From the NCBI RefSeq assembly GCF_006345805.1, contig NC_043006.1:22072001-22136000 (forward strand): 64,000 nucleotides of DNA, written 5' to 3'. A program made the translations under genes and the position numbers. Under the pieces are notes generated by a model. It saw nothing but the letters and a program-made list of their open reading frames with translations. It had not been told where the DNA came from and did not search any database. The DNA is from Octopus sinensis (taxonomy: Eukaryota). Positions within the stretch are counted from its first letter, which is position 1, and the number at the start of each line of letters is the position of its first letter. This document shows positions 63,033 to 64,000 of this stretch, piece by piece.

Positions 63033-63769
63033 GATATATATTCAACTAGGGGTTAAATTTGCCTCATTAAGGGAAGGTATCATCCAATGAATTACTGGTT
63101 CAATACCTAATATTTGTTGTGAATAATAATATTCATAAAACAATAGATTTATATATAAATCATGGTTTATAATCATTTAAAAGAAAGTAAGAAAATGGAG
63201 ATATAAGCATTTAATAGAAATTTATTATCTGCAAAAATCAAACAGACCCTTACAGCTGTTTCAATTCTGCTTAAATGATTAAATAGTAATTATTAAAATC
63301 CTAATATTAGGTAACACATTAAAAATCTAACGATATATCCTTTTTCTACCCCTCTAAAGAGATTTTGCCTAATATAATGATTTTGATAATTACTATTTAA
63401 TCTTTTAGGCTGAACCGAAACAGCTGTAAGGGACTATGTCTGATTTTTCCTGATAACAATTTTTTATTAAATGCTAAATCTTCATTTTCTTACTTTATTC
63501 ACACACACAAAATGCAATATACATATAATGCAGATGATGATGATGATGATATATACATAATGCAATATTGCATTATTTATATGAATATCATATAAGTATA
63601 TACATATACATATTATATAAGTATATACAAGCGTATCATATATGTGTGTATGTGTATGTATACACATGAAATTCTGATGATTTCTGATCGATAACTCATG
63701 AGGGGAGAGCATATCTATGTCCTTTGCGGATTTTTCTTCTAGATGGCCAAGAGAGCTGAGGGTGCGGGC

Positions 63770-64000
63770 AAGCGCCATCCAACCAAAATGCAAATATATG
63801 GGAAACTACCACCTGTGTCATCTCTTGTGAAAGGTAGGAGAGTCCAGTTTGCTGGACATTGTTGTAGAGCTGAAAAAGAGGTAATTTCTACTCTTCTCCT
63901 CTGGAAGCCATCTACTCGCGACACCAGAGGGCGCACACTCTCCTACCCTGATGTAATCTCCAGGGATACAGGCATCCAGCAACAGGACCTCCGTAATGCC
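63770..64000 (+). mobile_element. RTE-clade LINE 3' fragment, same family as 5216-5756, truncated by the window end
   Basis: Near-identical GKLPPVSSLVKGRRVQFAGHCCRAEKEVISTLLLWKP. Confidence 0.88.

Noticed and set aside
61810-64000. Tetraspanin exon 1
   Set aside because: No TM1-encoding segment ending in a suitable donor was found; it is presumably beyond the window.

Overview
AT-rich, repeat-dense eukaryotic DNA. The SINE families and (AT)n/(ATT)n/(CAT)n microsatellites look like octopus (inferred from recognising the repeats, not from a search). Two convergent spliced genes are supported by GT-AG sites and translated homology. (1) The last three coding exons of MRPL20 lie on + (889-966, 6755-6820, 10324-10425; AATAAA at 10476). 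(2) Exons 2-8 of a TSPAN15-like TspanC8 tetraspanin lie on - (61809 down to 25499; exon 1 is beyond the window). The main observation is a 1471-bp tandem duplication (about 36257-39199) carrying tetraspanin exons 4 and 5, most of the large extracellular loop. The two copies of these exons are identical and in frame, and the junction sits in a chimeric SINE. It is either a very recent SINE-mediated duplication or an assembly artefact. Other notable items: a ~340-bp fold-back element family with nested palindromes and 12-bp target-site duplications; a SINE forming head-to-tail multimers, including an 8 x 184-bp array with a dimeric higher-order pattern; degenerate hammerhead-ribozyme motifs and a Penelope-like GIY-YIG fragment; LINE fragments, one with three C2H2-like fingers; several DNA-type MITEs; and a candidate distal last exon. 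Nearly all ORFs in the supplied track are microsatellite or SINE artefacts. All comparisons were done by eye.
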